A stretch of DNA of 11,628 bases from Myxococcota bacterium. Lineage in GTDB: Bacteria > Myxococcota_A > UBA796 > GCA-2862545. This document shows, in pieces, positions 7,588 to 11,628 of this stretch. The notes beneath the pieces were generated by a model. It was given only the letters and a program-made list of their open reading frames with translations. It did not search any database and was not told where the DNA came from. The first letter of the stretch is position 1; every line of letters starts with the position of its first letter. The position numbers and the translations under genes are program-made. Location: the NCBI GenBank assembly GCA_039208735.1, contig JBCCQY010000227.1:1-11628 (forward strand). Direction: 5' to 3'.

Positions 7588-8976
7588 CTATAGGGTCTCG
7601 GCGTCGCCAAGAGGCAGCGACAGCGCAAACGTGCTTCCTTCGCCAACGACCGAGTGCACCTGGAGCTGGCCGCTCATGCGAACCGCGATTTGCTTCGCGA
7701 TCGTCAGCCCGAGGCCTGTTCCGCCCGGATGATCGACCCGTTCATCATGCGCTTGAACGAAGCGCCCAAAGATCGCATCCAGCTGCTCGGCGGGGATTCC
7801 GGGCCCAGTGTCGACGACCTCGAAGATGGCTTGGTCGTCCTCTCGACGAACCGCGAGCGCGATGCGGCCGCGCGTGGTGAACTTGTTGGCGTTCGTCAAG
7901 AGGTTTAAGAGAACTTGTCTGGTTCGACCAGGATCAACGCTCAAGGTGAAGCCTGCGACTTCAACCACAAAGGTGTTTCCATGGCTCTCGAGCAAGGGCC
8001 GCATCATGGTGACGAGCGGCTGGACCAAGGCTTCGGTAGTGATCTCCTGCGGTTCAAGTTCGATGATCCCGCTCTCGACCCGAGAGAGGTCGAGAATGGT
8101 GTCGATGAGTCCCAGCAGGTGCTGAGCGGCACCGAGCACCCGATCGAGATCCTCCCGCACGACGAGATCCGCGACATCTTCCTGTGCGAGTTCGGTATAG
8201 CCGATCACAGTGGTCACCGGGGTGCGCAACTCATGGCTCATGTTGGCGAGGAACGTGCTCTTCGCACGGCTGGCGAGCTGAGCAGCGGCTTCGGCTTCCC
8301 GGCGCTCGTCGACTTCTCGCACCAAATCCGCAGTGCGCTCTTCGACACGTCGCTCAAGACCTTGGAGGGTCAGGGCTAGCACCCGGCGATGTTCGCGCTC
8401 GACGGAGTGAAGAATGCTGACGCCAGCCTGGAAGAAGACTCCTGCGATCATCAACGCGAACAACATGCCACCTTTCCAGGAGGGCATGGTCTCCATTAAT
8501 CCGGCGGCCACCTCGTGACCAGGAAAGGCTGTGGTCCATGCACCCCACGCACCAACCTGAACCACCAACCACAGCCAGCCTGCGCGGGGGCCCGATACCA
8601 GAGTCGCGGCCACGGGGATCGTGAGGCCAAAAACGGCAGAGCCGCTCAACAGCCCCCCCAACAGCCACCCGCCGGTCGTGACCTGGAGTGTTGCTGCGAA
8701 CGCGAAGATATGGCCGAGAGGCTGTGGCCGCATCCCTCGTCGCACACCAACGAGAATGAACCCGTACAGGAGCACTGCCGGAATGGCAACCAGCATCATT
8801 GGGGGACCGAGCAGGGCAGCGTCCATGCTGAATCCGACGCCGAGCGACAGCGGTTGGACGAGCAAGGTGAGCACAACCATCGCTACCAATCGACGGGTGG
8901 CGAGCTGGTCTGGATCAGACCGTACCGAGGTTCCCGCGACTCGTGGGAAGCTGTCGCGTGCGCCGCACTCGGTCAT
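7588..8976 (-). CDS. Membrane-bound sensor histidine kinase (multi-TM + coiled coil + HisKA + HATPase_c), no receiver domain (462 aa)
   Basis: LERRVEERTADL signalling helix, AKSTFLANMSHELRTP H-box, RQVLLNLLTNANKFT, VVDTGPGI, GGTGLGL. AGGAG RBS upstream of ATG 8976. Confidence 0.93.
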   Translation of the reverse strand: MTECGARDSFPRVAGTSVRSDPDQLATRRLVAMVVLTLLVQPLSLGVGFSMDAALLGPPMMLVAIPAVLLYGFILVGVRRGMRPQPLGHIFAFAATLQVTTGGWLLGGLLSGSAVFGLTIPVAATLVSGPRAGWLWLVVQVGAWGAWTTAFPGHEVAAGLMETMPSWKGGMLFALMIAGVFFQAGVSILHSVEREHRRVLALTLQGLERRVEERTADLVREVDERREAEAAAQLASRAKSTFLANMSHELRTPVTTVIGYTELAQEDVADLVVREDLDRVLGAAQHLLGLIDTILDLSRVESGIIELEPQEITTEALVQPLVTMMRPLLESHGNTFVVEVAGFTLSVDPGRTRQVLLNLLTNANKFTTRGRIALAVRREDDQAIFEVVDTGPGIPAEQLDAIFGRFVQAHDERVDHPGGTGLGLTIAKQIAVRMSGQLQVHSVVGEGSTFALSLPLGDAETL

Positions 8977-9074
8977 TGCACTCTCCTGGCTAGTTAGGGT
9001 TCCCCCAGACGAACCATCTGCGAGGATCGCTCCTGCCTGAGGGAGGGCCCATTCAATCCCGCCCGACGGTCAGC

Positions 9075-10253
9075 TCATTGCGCGGTGCGCAGCTGTTCGA
9101 GCGAACGGGGCTCCAGCCCAAAGTCTGAGGCTTCGTAGACGTGACGCCCATAACGATGAGCTCCGTGTCGAGCGAGTCGTGTTCGAACGGCTGACTTGCT
9201 GCGGATACCGAAGGTCTGACCAGCGAATTCGACGATCGAAGAGACGACGGAAATTGGGTCTTTGGCTAACGAATCGTAGCACACGTCCAGCACTGGGATC
9301 TCCGGCCGACGTTTGCGGAAGGCCAGGCCAGTCGCCACCATTCGCGACGCCTTGCGAAGCCAGTGCCGACCGATTTCCGGCAAGTCGACCACATTCGCAC
9401 TCATCGCTCGACCGTGGGCCACCATGCTGCACAAGCTAGGGATGACACGCGCTGGGTCTCGATGGGTCCACACCAATCTGAGGCCGGGGAAGGTTTCTGC
9501 CAAGATGTCGAGGAACTCAAGATGATGTGGCGCCTTTAGGAGCCAACGTCGGTCCGTGGTAGGCTCAAGATGTCGAAGCACGCGGTCCAAATGCTCGTAA
9601 GCCGTTGTTAAATCTTGGTCTTCGAGCCAAGTTCCGTAGCTCGGAATGCGAAACATGGCTTCGTAGGAGGTCGACAAGCCCACATGTTCGAAGAGGAGAA
9701 CCTCTTCCTCCGGCTGGGTCGGCTCCATCGGATGGACCGCGAGGTAATCTGGAGCGATTCGATGTAGGAGCGCCTTTGCTCTCTCCGCATCTTTCAGGCG
9801 AGCCTTCGAACTCCGCTCCTGGGGTCCTGGAGCAGGACTCATGGCCTCCCAGGTTCGTAGAGCCCTGAATCCATCGACCTCGGCGAGCAGTCGGTGAAGG
9901 AGAGTAGTGCCGGTTCGAGGAAGCCCCACAATCACCACCGGCGCAATCTCCCTGTGAGGCGGATCGTCGAGCGCTTCGACGCTTGCTCGGGCCCTCAAAG
10001 AGGCCGTTACGCGGGCAGTGACCAACAGACGCCCGACCGGCGTCAAGCCGGCCTCATCTGACAGGCTCCTCGCCAGGGCCTCAAAGGGTCGAATGTCCCA
10101 GCTCGGAGGTGCGCGAACCCTTCGGAACCAGCGGTCGGCATCGATGCGCGGTTGCGACCACCTACCCAACATCTGCCACGCCGCATTGATGAACGGCAAG
10201 GCCACGGGTCTGCGCGGGCGTTCATAGTGACGGGACGTTTCACGGACCGTCAT
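9075..10253 (-). CDS. Sulfotransferase family protein (Sulfotransfer_3-like, PAPS-dependent), about 392 aa
   Basis: 5'-PSB loop [26 protein letters not shown], 3'-PB motif [18 protein letters not shown] 10253 (MTVRETS...) is preceded by GAGG and is preferred over the ORF-track start at 10310. Confidence 0.9.
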   Translation of the reverse strand: MTVRETSRHYERPRRPVALPFINAAWQMLGRWSQPRIDADRWFRRVRAPPSWDIRPFEALARSLSDEAGLTPVGRLLVTARVTASLRARASVEALDDPPHREIAPVVIVGLPRTGTTLLHRLLAEVDGFRALRTWEAMSPAPGPQERSSKARLKDAERAKALLHRIAPDYLAVHPMEPTQPEEEVLLFEHVGLSTSYEAMFRIPSYGTWLEDQDLTTAYEHLDRVLRHLEPTTDRRWLLKAPHHLEFLDILAETFPGLRLVWTHRDPARVIPSLCSMVAHGRAMSANVVDLPEIGRHWLRKASRMVATGLAFRKRRPEIPVLDVCYDSLAKDPISVVSSIVEFAGQTFGIRSKSAVRTRLARHGAHRYGRHVYEASDFGLEPRSLEQLRTAQ

Positions 10254-10323
10254 TTTTCCTCGGTGGATGGACAGAGATAATTCACCAGCTCTACGGCTAC
10301 TCCCTAGCACCTGTGCGCGTAAA

Positions 10324-10401
10324 CGGTTCGAGGTGGACGCGACTGCCGAGGGGAGAGCCCGAACGACGAATCGAAACGGGTATCGGCCACGAGGCTTCCA
10401 G
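10324..10401 (+). mobile_element. Probable IS256-family (Mutator) transposase scrap
   Basis: [26 protein letters not shown] contains the RxxxRNGYRxR motif from the IS256 transposase N-terminal region. No continuation. Confidence 0.45.
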
Positions 10402-10462
10402 CTCGAAGGGGTGCCGGCCGACCCCCGCCTCGTTGACCGGCTGTGGACCCTGCGCCTCGTCG

Positions 10463-11106
10463 ATGGCGATGTCCAAGAGCTGTACGGAAGTCAGCCCCGG
10501 CTGCAAGCACTGCTACGCCGAGGTGGTGGCGCGTCGCCTCGTCGCGATGGGTGTCGATCGATATCGGAACGGCTTCGAGTTCACACTCCAACACGACGTT
10601 GTCGATGCGCCGCTTAGATGGCGGAAGCCTCGCGTGGTCTTCGTGAACTCGATGAGCGACCTCTTCCACAAGGCTGTCCCTGACGACTTCATCGTTCGGG
10701 TGTTCGACATCATGCAACGAGCCGACCATCACACGTTCCAGGTCCTCACAAAGCGCTCGGCTCGTCTCCGTGAGTTGGCCCCACGACTTCCCTGGCCCGA
10801 AAACGTGTGGATGGGCGTTAGCGTGGAGGACCGAAAGCGGACTGTGCGCATCGCCGATCTTATTACGGTCCCGGCCAAGGTCCGGTTCCTCTCCGTCGAA
10901 CCCCTTCTTGAGGCCATCCCTGATCTGCCAATCGAGGGCATCCATTGGGTGATCGTCGAGCCATCCGTGACCGTTGCGTGGCCCACGATGTGGCGTTCTT
11001 CTTCAAGCAGTGGGGCGGGACGAACAAGAAGCGAGCAGGCCGGGTGCTCGACGACTGCACGTGGGACGAGATGCCGGTCAGAATCGATGCGATGGCAGTC
11101 AAGTAA
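10463..11106 (+). pseudogene. Phage Gp37/Gp68 family (DUF5131, three-Cys radical-SAM-like) pseudogene
   Basis: [60 protein letters not shown] frameshift at about 10957 leads into [40 protein letters not shown]...* (TAA 11104-11106). The family motifs GGESG and N-terminal IEWTxxTWNP are absent. Confidence 0.88.
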
Positions 11107-11152
11107 TATCATCGTGAACGCGTTGGCGTTGACGACCCGTCATCGACTGGCA

Positions 11153-11312
11153 GACAGGGCCATGGCCTGAAACCGTTCGGCTCTGACTGCAGAGCAGCGG
11201 TAAGGGCTCGGTCGCGTCCGTAGTGCCGTTCGGCGCTCGGTCGTGGCACGACACGGATTGTGTGAAACGTCTTCGCTGCCTGTTTCGCAGCACTTCAGGC
11301 CATGGCCCGGTC
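11153..11312. repeat. 19-bp inverted repeat (18/19) enclosing a 122-nt hairpin-rich spacer
   Basis: Left arm GACAGGGCCATGGCCTGAA (11153-11171). Right arm TTCAGGCCATGGCCCGGTC (11294-11312), whose reverse complement is GACCGGGCCATGGCCTGAA. Confidence 0.8.
11200..11220 (-). mobile_element. Possible IS66-type terminal inverted repeat
   Basis: GTAAGGGCTCGG... (minus strand ...CCGAGCCCTTAC) resembles the GTAAG-starting ends of IS66 elements. The partner end is not in the window. Confidence 0.3.
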
Positions 11313-11628
11313 ATCGCGCCCCCACCTGCGCACCTGGAAGCCGGTTGAGACGCTCGGCGATGGCCCGCTCCTGCGGAATCCGCCAGCGCAGCCGCCAGCG
11401 GCGCGCCCGCGCGAGCGCATCGCCGAGCGAACCCACGCGCAGGGGCTCGGGATGACGCTCGACGACCCAGTCCCACAGCGGCTGGTATTCGGGGCGGGCT
11501 TCGCCTGGCCGCTCCACCGCGACAGGCTGCAGCTGGTGGTCGACGAGGGCGACGAGTTCGCGGAGGCGGACGGTGCGCTCGGCGAGGTCGTCGAAGGCTT
11601 CCAAAACCTCCAGAACGGCTTCGTTGGG
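11311..11628 (-). CDS. 3' part of a hypothetical protein (truncated by the window edge)
   Basis: The frame is open from the edge (PNEAVLEVLEAFDDLAERTVRLRELVALVD...LWDWVVERHPEP...GAR*) with strongly GC-ending codons. No family recognised. Confidence 0.7.
   Translation of the reverse strand, partial: PNEAVLEVLEAFDDLAERTVRLRELVALVDHQLQPVAVERPGEARPEYQPLWDWVVERHPEPLRVGSLGDALARARRWRLRWRIPQERAIAERLNRLPGAQVGAR

Noticed and set aside
10313..11170. 285-aa ORF read as an intact protein
   Set aside because: Only the middle is DUF5131. The true C-terminus (FFFKQWGG...WDEMP) is in another frame and the N-terminal ~50 aa are unrelated.
7538..11236. Exact 14-mer GTGCCGTTCGGCGC at 7538-7551 and 11223-11236
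   Set aside because: A GC-rich 14-mer match of this kind is roughly expected by chance in 11.6 kb. Noted only because both copies lie next to putative IS66 sequence and form a small hairpin.
11153..11312. Retron msr-msd or hammerhead ribozyme interpretation of the inverted-repeat segment
   Set aside because: No reverse transcriptase in the window, no long msd hairpin and no CUGANGA core.
1..11628. CRISPR array, tRNA/rRNA genes, intrinsic terminators, intact transposase
   Set aside because: No regularly spaced repeats, cloverleaf or rRNA signatures, clear hairpin plus U-tract, or full-length transposase ORF were seen.

Overview
GC-rich bacterial DNA; the gene types suggest Myxococcota or a similar lineage (inference). 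There are five intact genes. On +: a secreted parallel beta-helix protein with a C-terminal choice-of-anchor-Q-like motif (800-2710), then a receiver-less OmpR-type wHTH / STAND ATPase / TPR regulator (2748-5369). On -: two orphan membrane histidine kinases (5928-7199, 7588-8976) and a sulfotransferase (9075-10253). The window also holds a deletion-damaged phage Gp37/Gp68 (DUF5131) pseudogene and the 3' end of an unknown gene at the right edge. The long spacers carry small gene scraps: DUF4351/Rpn tail, possible serine recombinase, IS66 tnpA and tnpB, one FG-GAP repeat and an IS256 motif. Three signals stand out. (1) A 20-bp motif, TTGTGAT[T/G]TCGATGTGACCC (tandem TGTGA, 11-bp period), brackets the beta-helix + regulator pair at 645-664 and 5405-5424; it is a candidate operator of the regulator or a cassette boundary. 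(2) An 18/19-bp inverted repeat encloses a multi-hairpin 160-nt segment at 11153-11312. (3) Two IS66 tnpB pieces on opposite strands would rejoin if 5544-7538 were inverted. All family calls come from motif recognition by eye; no searches were run.
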